From Lama guanicoe (Eukaryota): DNA of 64,000 nt. Below, piece by piece: positions 36,501-49,719 of this stretch (the first letter of the stretch is position 1; every line of letters begins with the position of its first letter). Under the pieces are notes generated by a model that was not told where the DNA came from, made no database searches, and worked only from the letters and a program-made list of their open reading frames with translations. The stretch is taken from contig MU053758.1 in NCBI GenBank assembly GCA_013239625.1, positions 1,922,001 to 1,986,000 on the forward strand, written 5' to 3'. Position numbers and translations under genes: made by a program.

Positions 36501-38494
36501 AGTTCCTAAGCCTGGGAACCAGCTGATGTCATTGTAGTGTCGCCATGGCAATTATTCCCCTGTACTAGGGGCCTGACCCTCGAGAGGCCAGGAAGTGGAG
36601 GAAGGAGTGAGGGACTGGCGTTTGTTCAGCACTTTAATGTTGACGAAGCATTTCCACACTTACCCTTATCAGTATGCATTGAGCCGTGCCATGTGTTTGC
36701 TGCTTAGAGCCACTGTCTGTAATCTGTACTGTTGATAAGAATGGGTGTATCGTGATCCGCACTTTTTAGATGTGGAAACTGAGGTCTGAGAGGTTAAGTC
36801 AGTTGTCCAAGGTCACTTAGCCGGTGGGAGACTGACCCTGGGTTCATATCAACTCCAGCTGGCTCTTTGCCCATGTTTGGTGATAGGAAGCCCCCTCCCC
36901 ATATTTTAACTGATTCCCATGACAACCCTTTTACAGGTGAGGAAACCAAGGCCTCGGGCTTCTGCATCTGGAGCTACATTTTTTTAAACTCTAAGTGCCT
37001 TCCCTTCCCTGATGCCCCCTTCCCAGAGGGTTCTCCCCACCCCCTCACCCCCAACACTGAGAGTTGCTCTGCTGGCCCAGGCCTTCCTGGAAAAGCTGAT
37101 GCTGGGCAGTTCTGGGCCCTGGGGGTGGGTCGGTACCTGTACCCTCTGTGTTAACTTTCTGTCTGATAGGAACTAGCACATCCAAATCGTTGTTTTTAGT
37201 CTGGATAAGAAAAAAGGAGGTTCCGGAACTTTTTAGGAACAAGAACCCCATGGATAGGTGAGCTGGGGGTCCAGCTGACAAAAAAGGGCCCCTGGGGGAT
37301 GTGCAGAGGAACCCACAGGTCTGCATTGCCTATTGGGTCACAGTGCAGCTCAGCCCTGTGGCCAGATGATTCTACGCCTGGGAGCTGCCTGGAAATTCCC
37401 AAGGTCCTGGGCCTCATGTCCTGGGCTGACCTTCCTCCAGGACAGCGCAGCCTCCATGGAGGGAATCCAGGCAGCTGTCAGGGCTTGAAACAGCTGGCTA
37501 CCGAGGTAGACAGTGAAAACTCTGAAAGCCAAGAACAGTTCTCTGTCCCATGGGCATTTCCAGCCTCCATTCTGTTCTACAGAACCCCTCCCAGGGGAGG
37601 ACAAGATAGTTTTCATATATTAATTCCTTTACTGCTCAGGAAGTCCTTTCTGCTGTCTGACTTGAGTCCCTCTAGTACTCAGGTTTCCAGGGAATTCTCA
37701 GAAGAAGCGGGGCGAGGTGGGGGGTGGGGCAGCGGTAGAGTGGTAGGGGTCTATCCCAGAGCTTGGAAATGCATTCTGAAGTGCTGTCTGTCCCCCACTA
37801 ATTTCATCCCCTCCTGTGGCGCTGACCTCAGAAGCCAGCCTGGCAGGCTCCGGGAAGCCGCTGGGGCCTGTCAAAGGCTCATTGATTGAGTCTTCAGAGT
37901 GGCTGTCTTACCGCCCTCCTTTCTGGGCACCAACTTTGTCCCTTGACACAGCCCTCACTCAGCTAGTCACTCAGAGACTCCCCCGGGCTCTCGGCGGGTA
38001 GGGCCACATCCTGGCAAGGGTGAGGGCTGGGGCAGTCTTTGGAACTCTGCAGAGAACCTTCTTCCTCTAGCCTTCAGGCAGGACGGGCCAGTGGTGAAGG
38101 GTCAGGAGTCGGGCAGATGAGGGTTTCATCCTGCTGCCTCTGGACATGTAGCTGTGTGACCTTGGGCCTGGGTCTTTGCCTCTCTGTGGCTAAGTTTCCT
38201 TGTCTGTAAAATGGAGCTAATAGTAATATATAGTTAAGACTTAAGTGAGATAGTTCATGTAAAGGACTTGGCACTCAGGATACATTGAATACACATTAAT
38301 GAATTATTATCATTAGTCTAACACTTTCTAGCCAAGGCTTCTGCTATGAGTTGGGGGGTGAGGTGGATGTCACTGCAAGAGGATTTCTGGTCAGGATTGT
38401 TCTCTTGGCTGGCTGCCGCCTCAGGTGGCTGCAGCCTGGGGCCCTCTGTGCTCCTGCCTCGACTCCAATCCCTCTCCACCCCTTGGTCCTCCAG

Positions 38495-38602
38495 GTGCGC
38501 TACAAGGAAGAGTTTGAGAAGAACAAGGGCAAAGGCTTCAGCGTGGTGGCAGACACACCCGAACTCCAGAGAATCAAGAAGACCCAGGACCAGATCAGTA
38601 AT
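38495..38602 (+). CDS. LASP1: LASP1 coding exon 4 (108 bp), nebulin repeats
   Basis: ctccag|[42 protein letters not shown]|gtaagc. Confidence 0.97.
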
Positions 38603-40712
38603 GTAAGCGCCCTGCTCCCCGTGGTACCACCCTGACCCCTGCCCTCCCTTCTTGCTCTCTCCCTGCCCGTCTGGCAGACACGAATGAGGCCAGTTCTCTG
38701 CTGCCCCTGCTGTCCTGGGCGGGCCTGGCTATGGTGGCTCCTGCAGCAGAAGGAAGGGAAGGGTTTGGGATTCCCAGTTACCTTTTCTCTGTGCGCCCCC
38801 AGATTCCCCTTTTGATACCCTCTGCCCACACAGTATTTCTGCCTTGAAAGGACTGTACTTTGGGGGGATGTGCAGTGAGGGGCCTATGTGCTAAATCATC
38901 CCCGACTCCCCCAGCTCTCTCTGGAGCTTTTTAATTTTTATTCCTGGCTATGGTGGGTGTTGGGGTCTAGACTGGCTGTTTTGTCTGAGCTCAAAGGTCA
39001 GAGCTGGGTGGCAGAGGTGGGGAGGGGCCGGCCTCCCCCTTGTCTGCCTCTGGGTGCTGACATTGCAGTCATTTCCGCCTCCTCCCCACCTCAGCTTGCT
39101 CTTCCTTCCTGTGTAAAAACCCCAGCCAGTTTTGGCCCGCTGGCTCTGTACCCCCTGGCCTGGCCCTCCTGGGCCTGGAGCGGACAGCTGTGTCTGGCTG
39201 TGGTAGGGCTGTGTGTGGTTAAGTGGGCAGCGGGGCTCCATGGCACCTGTGGCCGGGAAACAGGCCTCAGTTTCCTGTTTGGCGGAACCAAAGACCTGCA
39301 GTTTGTATGGCTCTGGGCTTGTGGGAAGGCTGCCGAGGGGCGTTTGGGCAATGTAGGGGCGGGGTGCTATTGTGAGCCACAAGCACAGAGCATGGGCCAC
39401 AGACCCATGCTGCACAAGGTCCTACAAAGGAAGGCCTGGGCAAGCTGTCTGGAACAGGAAGGGGCTGGCAAGTTGCCCAGTGGCACTCTGGGCCGAGGAA
39501 CTGGGGACAGAGGCTGCAGGGGCCTGGGTTATAGGTGGTCCAGCCAGCATCTACCCCCTTGGCTCCACATCCCTCCCCAGCCCTCCACCGGACCTCCTCG
39601 GTGTGCGGCACTCATTCTAGAAGTTGGCTGGGCCTTGCTTAGGGAGGCTGTCAGAAGCCAGGGCCCCAGCCATGTCCAAGACTCTGGCTTTGAAACTTTG
39701 ACAGCAACCTACAGTCTGAAATACATTCTGCGAGCCACCGAATAGGCATGCTGATTTCTTTAGAAACAGAATCAAAACTTTCCGGAAAGAGGGCTTACTA
39801 CTTAAAGGGCATGTGGATATTGTCTGTTCTATTTTAGTTTGTTGAAGATGCTGGTTGCAGACTTAACTGAATGGGTTTTGCAACTAAGTTGTTGACCTGC
39901 AGCTTAAAATTCATGGCTTGAGGAAATGGAGTGCTTCCCTTGGGCTAGGATGCCTACGAGGGCTGTAATCCTTACCCCTCGCCTGGCAATAGCCTGTCTC
40001 AGTTGCTTCTTTATAAGCCAGGGCCTGGCCTCATACCAGAGAGCATCCCTGAGACCTCCAAAGGTCTAAAGCAGGAGGTGTGGGTCTCAGCCCTCCACAC
40101 AGAAAGTGAGAGGAAGGGGAAGCCTTGGGTAACAAGGCAGGGAGGCTTGGATGGCGCACAAAGCTGGAATTTTGAGTTTTCAGCTTCTGTGGCTTCAGAA
40201 AGACTATCTGTCGTGGACACGCGCTCCCTGCCTCCAACCCAACCCCCCAGCACATTCACTCATTGTTTCCAGCCTGTCGGTTTTAGAAGACGAGAGACAG
40301 CAAGCCCAGTCATCCCTACCTCCCTTTCTGGAAGGCTTCCAGAATACTCCACACCCGGCCTGTTGTACCTGCATGTCTCCCTGCCCCACTCCCCTCAGCT
40401 AGTTATTGGAGGTGTTAATGTCTCAGGAGCCTTGGTAGCAGAACTCACTCTGTCCAAGATATCCACACCTGAGGCGATAATGATCTTATCAGTAACCACA
40501 GGGCTGCAATTAGCTGATTGTCCTCTGCTCTGAGGTGGGGGAGGTGACTTGAGCCTGACCTGCTTCTGCTTTTGCAGCGTTAGCTGGGACCTGTGAGGTG
40601 TAACCGCAGAGATGGAAGACTTGGTTTTAGTGAATGCAGTTACAGCCTGTCAACTGTGGGCCTCCGAACAGCTGTATTAGAATCACTCAAAAAGGTTGAT
40701 TGAAACTGTGGG

Positions 40713-40831
40713 GTGGGGTGGGCATAGCTCAGTGGTAGAGCGCGTGCTTAGCATGCACAAGATCCTAGGTTCAACCCCCAGTACCTCCATTAAAAATACA
40801 TACAATAAATAGAAATTAAAAAAAAAAAAAA
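40713..40831 (+). mobile_element. tRNA-Ala-derived SINE (Vic-1 type) nested in a MER5A-like element
   Basis: gggcatagctcagtggtagagcgcgtgcttagcatgcacaagatcctaggttcaacccccagtacctcca plus poly-A. Degenerate TSD gaaactgtgg / gaaaatgtag. Confidence 0.88.
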
Positions 40832-41475
40832 GAAAATGTAGGTTCACAGGCCTCCTCCTCAGGTTGCCTGAATCAGCATCTCTGAGAGTGGTGCCCAGGA
40901 AGCAGCACTTTATTTCTAAAGTTATTTCTGTTGCTTTTTCTCTCAGTTTCACTGAGATATAATTGACATAGCACTTGTAAGTTTAAGGTGTACAGCACAA
41001 TGCTTTGCCTTACATACGTCATGAAATGATGACCACAGTAAGTTGGTGAACCCCTATCATCTCATTTTAAAAACTGAAGAAATAAAATTTTTTAAAAATT
41101 AATTTTAAAATTACAAAATTAAAGAAATACAAAAGAATTTTTTTTCCCTCAGGAACCACCATTTTAAATACATACCCTGAGTTACCTGAAGTTTGAGAAC
41201 CATCACCCAAAGTCTAAAAAGGCTTCATCAAGGATGCCAGGCCTAGCTGCATCCCAGATCCCCCAGGGAACTTTAAACCCCACTTGGAGCCACTGTTAAC
41301 TGGTCCCTCCTCCAGAAGAGTTCTGGGGAAGATGGCGTTAAGAGCCCCGCCTTTTGTTTTGTATCCAAAATAGTGTTCCTGTATTTAACTTTTCCATTTT
41401 CACTTTGCAGATTAGCACCAAATGACTTTTAGCTGTTTCCAGAGGTCAAGTCATTTTGCAAAGAGCTATGCAGAT

Positions 41476-41593
41476 TTGGCAGAGAGGGTATAGCTCAGTG
41501 GTAGGGTGCTTAGCATGCACAAGATCCTGGGTCCAGTCTCCAGTACCTTCATTAAACAAACAAACAACCTAACTACCATGCCCCCCCCCCGAA
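41476..41593 (+). mobile_element. tRNA-Ala-derived SINE (Vic-1 type)
   Basis: SINE body with the aacctaactacc tail. 16-bp TSD aaagagctatg(c/a)agat at 41460-41475 and 41594-41609. Confidence 0.88.
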
Positions 41594-44500
41594 AAAGAGC
41601 TATGAAGATGCCTCCCTGGAGAAGGTGCTGGAGCATTTACCAGCCACAGCATTTTCAAAACAAATGTCTGGTCTCCCCAGGTGGTACTTAAAGACTTTGG
41701 ATGTGTGTCGTCTGTCGTCAGTCCAGCTGAGAGGTGAGACAGTGAGGTGGGAAGAGAAAGTGAGAGTGGGAGTCCCAGCTTCTGTCATAGAATGACTGGG
41801 CAGGGCCCCCTGAGCCTCTGTTTCCTCATCTGTAAAAACGAGGACCCTGGTTCCTACCTTAAAAGGCGATTGTGAGATTGTGAGGAAAATGTCAAGAATA
41901 GGGTATGACGTATTGTCAATTATTCATTTAAAGGCAGACTTGTCTGCTTGCTACTTTGTAGCTAAAGAACGGAATAAAGTTTGGCTGAAAAGTTGGGCTG
42001 CTATCTGCCATTGAGAATGTGTGGAAAATTTGGGGGCAAGGTGCTAGTAAGGTAGACATCTGTGGTAAGTAATTGTGTCTTCGTGAAAGGCATCTGAAGG
42101 GGTGAGAGGCCAGGGCCAAGTGCTGTGAGCCTACATTTATCCTGACCTTTGAATTGAGGTCTGTTGGCGGTAATGGATGGAAGCCTCTAATTGCTAAGGT
42201 CCCTTTATGGGAACCACTGCCTTCAACTAGGGAAGCTTTCATTTACCTACGTATCTACTTGTATATTGATTTTTTTTTTGTATACAATTTTAAGTCTTTT
42301 AACTTTTCCATTTTCTGCCAGTAGCCTACAGTAAACACCTGTGTGTGTATTCACCATGCAAATCAAGAAACAGCATGACTGCACCCCTGGCAAAGTAGTT
42401 TTCAAAGTGTTAAAAAAAACATAACTCAATGTCATGAGCATCTATCCTATAATTAACTTAATTATGAGGAACCAGCTGGAGAATGTGATAGGCAGAGGTG
42501 ATGCTTAGTCTGTGAAGGAAAGAACTGGATACAATTAGCTACAGAACTGCTTAGTGTGCTGCCGTTAGCCTCAGAACTAGTAAATGTCCTACAGGACCAT
42601 AAAACCATAAACTTTGAAGATACCCTTGCTACAGGCAGAAATCCTTTGCATTTCTTTCAGTCAGAAATAATTAGCAGCTTATATTTCTTAAGTTAGCGTC
42701 AGTCCTTTAGTCTGGACCTCCTTAGTAGTAAATAGTAAAGTCAGAGAAAATTCCACCCTCAGAGTCAGATGGCGCGGAGCTGGGCTTGTTAGACAACTCT
42801 GTAGTTTAATATTTGAAAGTGTGTGCTATTTCTTTCTTTATAATTTTAATAATATGTAACTATGCATTTCTGAACACTATAGTTTTTCCTGATTTTGAAC
42901 ATACAGTATCTATTCTTTTGTATCGTGACTCCTTTGGGAAACTTTTTTTTTTTTTTTTTAAGTATAGTCAGTAACAATGTGTCAATTTCTGGTGTACAGC
43001 ATAATGTCCCAGCCATGCATATATATACATATATTCATTTCCATATTCTTTTTCATTAAAGGTTATTACAAGATATTGAATATAGTTCTCTGTGCTCTGC
43101 AGAAGAAAAATTTTTTAAATTTATTTTTACATATAACATTGGGTTTAAAGGTTTATCTACATGTTTGCATGCAGCTGTAGTTTATTCTTTTTTGTTGTCA
43201 TATAGCATTCCATGTAATGCTTATACCATATTTTATTGACTCTGGTGTTGACGGGCATCTCGATTGCTTCCATGGCTGTGGACAGCTTCGTACATACCTC
43301 CTAGTGTTAATGTGGAGTGGAATTGCTGGATCTTAGAGTGTGTTTCTTCAACCTCACCAGATGATGCTGAACTACTTTTCAAGCAGCCGTACTGATTTAC
43401 CCTCTCGCCAGCAATGATGAGAGTTCCCATTGCTCTACATCCTTAGACCTGTTTATTTTAGCCATTTTGATTCTGTGTAGTGGTATCCCATGGTTTTAAC
43501 TGGCATTTCTCTGATTATAGATTTGTATCTGTTTTAAAAACAAAATAGTATTATTCTCTAATAGGGAGCACAGCATTACATGGTGGTTGAGAACCCAGGA
43601 TCTGATGTTGGGACTCATGTACCCACCCCTTACCTACCCTCCTGAGCCTTGGTGTCCCCATCTGTAAAATGGGGGTGATAATGATAAACTGTTCTTGGGC
43701 TGGCTGAGAAAAGGAAGTGAGTAGTGCAAGTCAGGGCACAACAGCAGCCCTCAACAAACGGAAACATTGTTGTAAAAAACAGACCCTGGCTGGTGAGTTG
43801 ATTATTCCGTTCAAAGCCTGATGTTCCATTTTTGGCTGTGATGTGGAATCACGGGGTAACAAGTGTGGAGTCATACCTTTGTTTTCCACCACAGTTGGGA
43901 GAGCAGGAGTTCAGAAAACAGAACATCAGCTAGCAGAGAAAATGTGTTTTCTTTAGTTTTGAAATGGACCCTCAACCTATCATCCTGGAGTCTTGGCTGA
44001 CAGGGCCCTGGATGAGTGGGGAGGGTTCTTGGGCCTGGGCCCCTCCACCCATGTGCCCTTGGATCTTGGGCAGAGTGTGGTGTCCTTCTACGGGGCCCAA
44101 GACAGTTTTTTGGCTGGGGCTCTGTGGACCTTTCTGAGCTTATGGTGACCCCTTTTCAGGGCACTTAGACGATTAGAACTTTGCTGGGCTTAGAAGAGGG
44201 ATCAGCCAGGGCCTTGGCCTCTAGAAAATGTTTCTTTCCCTTCTGGATATACTAACGCCTTTTAAGGTGCCTATTTTCTTCTCAAGCCATTAGGTTGATG
44301 AGCCAAGTAATAACACCATTTCCTCATTTGCTGAGCAGAGGAGGGAGAGGAAGTGGAGAGGATTGAAATTTTATCAGGTTGGCACAGGCGGACGGGAGCT
44401 GCAGCCTCACTCATCTTAGTCCATGATCCCCTCTGTGCTGCCTCTCCTGAGTTCAGTGCCTGGTGTGCCTTGTCTCAAAGTTAGGGTGACCTTATGATTG

Positions 44501-46752
44501 TCATCGCTTTTGAGAGGGAAAGGGGGTGCTATTCATATTTTTCCAGAACAGAAGACATGAGCTAGGACTCAGGGCAGACTTGGGCATGTGGTCACTCTGC
44601 CCCAGGAAAGGGCCTGTCCAGTCATGGCTTTGTTCTTGTGTCACCAGCCCAGCTCTTACTGAATAATGAAGGTCATTTAACTTCAGAGCCTCATTTAACT
44701 TTGGTAAAATGGGAATTAAAGTGTACCTATCCAACTTACTTTTTCAAGTGGTTATTGTCAGGGCTAAGGGCTAGTATAGGCGACCTATATGAGCTCAGTG
44801 TGAAGAGCTGAGCGAATGTCAAGGTTCTTACTATTAATAGTAACAGGTGGTACCTGAATCAGTGGTGAGGAAGGTTCTTTTCCATTCAGGCTGCCACTGC
44901 ATTGTCCTCCTGGATCAGCTGGCCCTAATTTTACCCACATATAGTGGCTTTTCAAGGAGCAAGATGGATTCCATCAGCCACTTGCAGAAACACACACATG
45001 TCTGTATTTGCTTTTAGCGCTGGAGTTTGCTGGGTTCCTAGAGGTCGCTGGGAGCCTCAGGGCCACCTGGGAGCAGATGAGGAAACGGAGGCCCAGAGGG
45101 GAAGGGACTCTTCCAGGTTCACATGAGCAAGTGAAGGGTTCGTGGCTCCTGGGACGAGGTTTGGGAGGGATGCCACCGCCCAAGATGAAGGATGGAGACT
45201 TGGCTCCTTAGCACAGAAAGGAGCTGGGACCCAGACATGTCTTCTTCCTCAGAGTCACCCCTTCACCGGTGCAGACAGCCACACCCAGAGGAGTGGGCTA
45301 TCAGCCAGCGTAGCTGAGCCCCGGCATCAGAGCCCCCTGCCCCTCAGCCCACCTCCTGGCTCCCTCAGGGCCTGGCGCAGGCCTTGTCCGCCTCCATGTG
45401 TGTGCTTGCCCTCCCCTGGTCAGCAGTTCCTGGGGTCAGGCCTCTTCATTAACAGAAAGTAAACACGGGAAGCTGACCTTTTCCCACCCCTGGACAAAAG
45501 TCGGAAGGCCAGTTGCCTTATGAGCCTAGAGGCCTCTCCTTGTCCCCAACCCCACCCCTCACCAGTGGATGGGGCTCACAGAGAGTGGGGCTGGGGGAGA
45601 CTCACTTTTTGCCCTTGTCTTAGGAGTCTGAGAGCAGGACCCTGGTCCTGTGTCTTTGAACTTCACCCCTGGGTGCTCTTCTGTGTGGGAGTTGGGGGAC
45701 CTGATGGGTTGCAGTCTGACTGGGGCTGCCTCCTCCCCTTCAGTTTACTTCACCGTGTGGGTGTGAGTCCTTGCTTGGGTGGGGGGGGGAGGGGGCCCTA
45801 AGTGAGACACTCTCTGCCTCCAGATGGGGCCCATCCTGGGCTTTGCTGTGGCCCTGCCTGTTCCTCCAACCCAGGCTGCAGTGGGTAACCGTCCAACCAC
45901 AGCAGAGAAGAGAGTGTTGCAGGTGTTCCCAGTTGACCACACCTGCAGACCTTTAGCCCAACAACTCCTGTATAAGCCCTCCCTGGCCAGGTGTTAGCTC
46001 TTGCCCTCCTTGCAAAGCGGATGCGAAGGAGGGGAGAGGAGACAGCAGAAAAAGTGGGAGGGGATGGCCAGTGAGGGCTGCCTGGCCTGGGGCAGCTTGA
46101 TTGGGGTTTTTGGGCACAGGGTCACTCCTTCCTCTGCTCCTGGAAACAGGGCAGGCTTTGCCCTGGCTCCTTTCTCTGTCCCCTCTCCCTGACCCCATTT
46201 TCCACTGGGAGAAGCACAGGGCAGGATCCTGGTGAACAGGAAATGAGAACCCACTTCCAGTCACACGGTCCAAGGCCTGGTGAGAATTCAGGCCCGGGTC
46301 TGCTCGGGACGGGACCAATTTTCTCTTGGTGTCCTGCTTTCCGAGGCTCCTCTGAGGGGTGAGGGGGAACTATTGTCATTCTCTGCCCCAGTTCCTCCCC
46401 CAGCCTCCGGCCAGCCCAGTGCTCCTGGAACATTCAAACCGTGGTCCTTAGGCCTCTCCTTGGTTGCTTCCTCCTTACCAGTTTCCTCTCCAAAAGCTAA
46501 ATAGACCCCCAAGGTGGGGTGTGGGCCACGTGCCACTGAGAGTGCAGAGAGAAAGCCCTAGAACTCCTGGCTCTGGTTCTTCTTCATCTCATACTTTGTT
46601 TTATTCATATTTTTGTGTGTAAGTTTTACAGTAGACATTTCGTATTTGTAAAGTGACACTTGTGTGTACTTTATAAAATAGATGCAATTTGGGAGGATTG
46701 TGCTAAAACAGATTTTACCCACAGGAATATGCAGTCAGTGTATTTGGGCAAG

Positions 46753-47250
46753 CAGGGGTCAGCGAGCTTTTTCTGTGAAGAGCCAGATAGTAAATATTTT
46801 AGGTTTTGGGGGTCCCAGGGCCCCTGTCGCAGCTACTCAGCTCTGCAGTGATGGATTGAAAGCAGCCAGAGATAATAAACAGGTAAATGAATGGTGTGAC
46901 TGCCCCAGTAAACTTTTATTCTGGATACCAAAATCTGAATTTCATAGGAATTTCATGTGTCACCAATCTTACTCCTCTTAATTCTGCCCACCCCAAACAT
47001 TAAAAAAATGTGGAAACCATTCTTAGCTCATGGGTCATGAGCAAACGGGCTGTGGGCCCATGCATCAGAGTTTGCCAGTCTCTACTTTAGAGGGTTCTCA
47101 AACTCGAGCCTGCTTCAGACTCAGCTGGCTAGCTTTTAAAAGTGCATATTCCTAAACCCCAGTCCTGATTTTGTGGAGTCTCTGGATGGCCCTGGAACCT
47201 GCATTCTAACAGGCAGCTCAGGCCTGTTAGAATCTAGTCTGGAAACCAGA
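46753..47250. mobile_element. MER58-type hAT element followed by a MER5A-type element
   Basis: caggggtcagc...ttctgtgaagagccagatagtaaatattttagg...tttgcc, then gttctcaaact...ctgcattctaaca. Confidence 0.7.
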
Positions 47251-48051
47251 TTTTAAGAACATAGCTCTGGAGGATCTCCAGGGTCCTGGTGTGTTCAGTT
47301 CAGCCAGCCCTTGCTAGGTGCTCAGTGGGACATGTGATTTCTCCAGACCTCTTTTTGCTCATTTTTGGCACCTGAGAAGAGAAGGAACCCATCTTGTGGA
47401 TAAGGACTTACCCTCAGGGCATTTCTTATCCCCATAGGCTCGGGTCCTCAACACAGACTCTAGAATCTCCGTGATCTTGAGTAACTCACTCTGCTTGTCA
47501 GTGCCTTAGTTTCCTTCTAGTCTGTTAAATGGCGACTGTACTGGACCTCTTTGTAGATACTGCCAAGGTAAAATGAGCCCGAGATGCAGGGCACCTAGCA
47601 TGGTGCCTGGCACGTAGTAGGTGCTCAGTAAACAGGAAATTGACTGCTGCTATTTTATCAGCGGGAAATTTATCAGCTGCTAGTGCTGCTGTGGATTAGG
47701 GTGGAAGCAGGGCAGCCCCAGCCCCAACCACAAGCACATAAAAATGATTGCTTACATTTGTCTGGTGCTTTAGTTTACATGGCCCTTTTACACCCATCAT
47801 TCCATTGCATCCTCTAGCAACCCCTGAGGGAGACACTGATGTCTCATTTTACAGAAGTGGAAACTGAGGCTTGGCAAAATTTAAGTGCTAGTCCAAGGGC
47901 ACATGACTGGTGGACCCCCAATGAGAACCCGGCTGTCTCTGCATGGAGACCTCCAGGAGTCTCTCCCATCCCAGAATCTTGAGTGGCAATGTAAGGAGAG
48001 CTTTGGTTGGTTTGCTCTGGGTCCTTCACTCAGCGCTTTCTGTTCCTGCAG

Positions 48052-48199
48052 ATAAAATACCATGAGGAGTTCGAGAAGAGCCGCATGGGTCCCAGCGGGG
48101 GTGAGGGCATGGAGCCCGAGCGCCGAGATCCCCAGGACAGCAGCTACCGGCGACCCCAGGAGCAGCAGCAGCCTCACCACATCCCGACCAGCACCCCAG
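48052..48199 (+). CDS. LASP1: LASP1 coding exon 5 (148 bp), linker region
   Basis: ctgcag|[55 protein letters not shown]|gtgagt. Confidence 0.97.
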
Positions 48200-48475
48200 G
48201 TGAGTGTGAGGGTCCCATCCCCACCGAGGGTGTGAGCACCAGGGTTAGGGCCTAAGCTGGGCTCCCGGTGTGATGGGGACACTCAGCCTCTGCTGCCAAA
48301 TTCCCAACGCCAGCCGGTGTGCACACCGAGACAGGAGCCTTGGGGAAGTGGGAACTGAACAAGCTTGTGGCGGGGTGGAAATACATGAATTGGGCTTCGT
48401 GGAGGAAGGGAGGGGCTCTGGGAAGGGCTGGGTTTGGCAAGACAGTTTCTGAGTCCATCTCCTGCCATCTTCCAG

Positions 48476-48579
48476 TTTACCAGCAGCCCCAGCAGCAGCA
48501 GGCAGCCCAGTCCTACGGCGGCTACAAGGAGCCTGCAGCCCCGGTCTCTGTACAGCGCAGCGCCCCGGGCGGGGGCGGG
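48476..48579 (+). CDS. LASP1: LASP1 coding exon 6 (104 bp)
   Basis: ttccag|TTTAC; (V)[37 protein letters not shown]|gtgagc. Confidence 0.96.
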
Positions 48580-48773
48580 GTGAGCAGCCCTGGTGGAGGT
48601 GGGACAGGGAGGCAGGTGGGCGGCCTGAGGAGGCCAGGGGTGGGTGGGCCTAGAGAAGGCTCCTTGGACATAGTTCTTGGACTCTCTTTAGAAAACCCAC
48701 ACAGGAGGCCTGGCTTCCTCTGACCTTTGACTCCAGCTCGGTTTCCATGTGCAGGTGACAGGGGTCTCAGCCT

Positions 48774-48879
48774 CTTAAAAAAAAAAATTTCTTTTTTAAT
48801 GGAGGTCCAGGGGAACTGAACCCGGAACCTCGGGCATCCTAAGCATGTGCTCTACCACTGAGCTATACCCTCCTTCCAA
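48774..48879 (-). mobile_element. tRNA-Ala-derived SINE (Vic-1 type)
   Basis: SINE body on the minus strand. TSD gtctcagcct at 48764-48773 and 48880-48889. Confidence 0.86.
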
Positions 48880-49719
48880 GTCTCAGCCTGTTGAGCAGAG
48901 GGGAAGTGTGGTGAGTGGGCAGAGCCCTGGGCTGGAACTGGGGCCCTGTGGTCCGCCTGAAACTATACCTTGGGCGAGTCACATCTCCCCACCCCCGGCC
49001 CAAGTTTCCTTACTTCAGTGACTGGGGAGCATGCGAAGCACTTTTCTGCTTGGGGCCTTCCAGACTGGGCCCTGCAACCCCACTCTCCGTGAGGATGACC
49101 CTCCATGTCCTTCAGATCTCAGCTTGCTCCTGCCTCTGAGGGGCCTCCCAAACCACCCCATGTCAAGTGGGTCTCCTCCGGCATTTCTGTCACTCCACCC
49201 CACTGGTTTCCTTCCGAACATGTTTTCCAACTGAAAACAGTTCTCTGGATTTGTCATCTCTGTCTGTGTGTGTTGTGCCCCCCACCCCACCCCCAGACTT
49301 GACACTCTCTGTGGATAGGGCAGCGTCCCTTTGGTTCACCTACTCTTGAGCCAGGCACAGAGCAGGCACTCGTCAACTTTGGTGATGAAACGAACTAGCA
49401 AACTAGGAGGTGGGGTTGAAGTTCGGTCTGTAAGTCCTGCTGCTTTACTCTGCTGACAGGTGGAGCCCAGCTCAGCTCCTCTGCTGGGTACCTTGGATTT
49501 CAGAGTAGCTCAGAGACCCCAGAGAAATAAAATAGCCTTGCATAAGTGGCCTGCCAGAGCCTCAAGCTCTGGACACACAAACGAGGGACTGTCAGTGCTA
49601 TCTGGGGTCTCAGGTGGGCCCGAGAGGTCATCTGAAGGATAAGGTTCCGGATAGACCAGCCAGTCTTTCAGATTCTCACTAAGCCTCTCCTGAACATGAA
49701 GGATTTGGCTCTGAATGAA

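Noticed and set aside
38888..39745. Longest ORF in the track (285 aa) in LASP1 intron 4
   Set aside because: GTG start, no recognisable domain, and Trp/Cys/Gly/Pro-rich composition typical of chance ORFs in GC-rich intron.
40715..40789. Apparent tRNA-Ala(AGC) gene
   Set aside because: Has substitutions in the stems, a poly-A tail and a flanking TSD, and five related dispersed copies exist; it is a SINE.
48200..48475. LASP1 intron 5 is 276 bp (a multiple of 3), suggesting in-frame retention
   Set aside because: An in-frame TAA at 48253-48255 would truncate the protein.
48319..48723. 134-aa ORF spanning LASP1 exon 6
   Set aside because: It is the exon 6 frame staying open into the flanking introns; canonical splice sites delimit 48476-48579.
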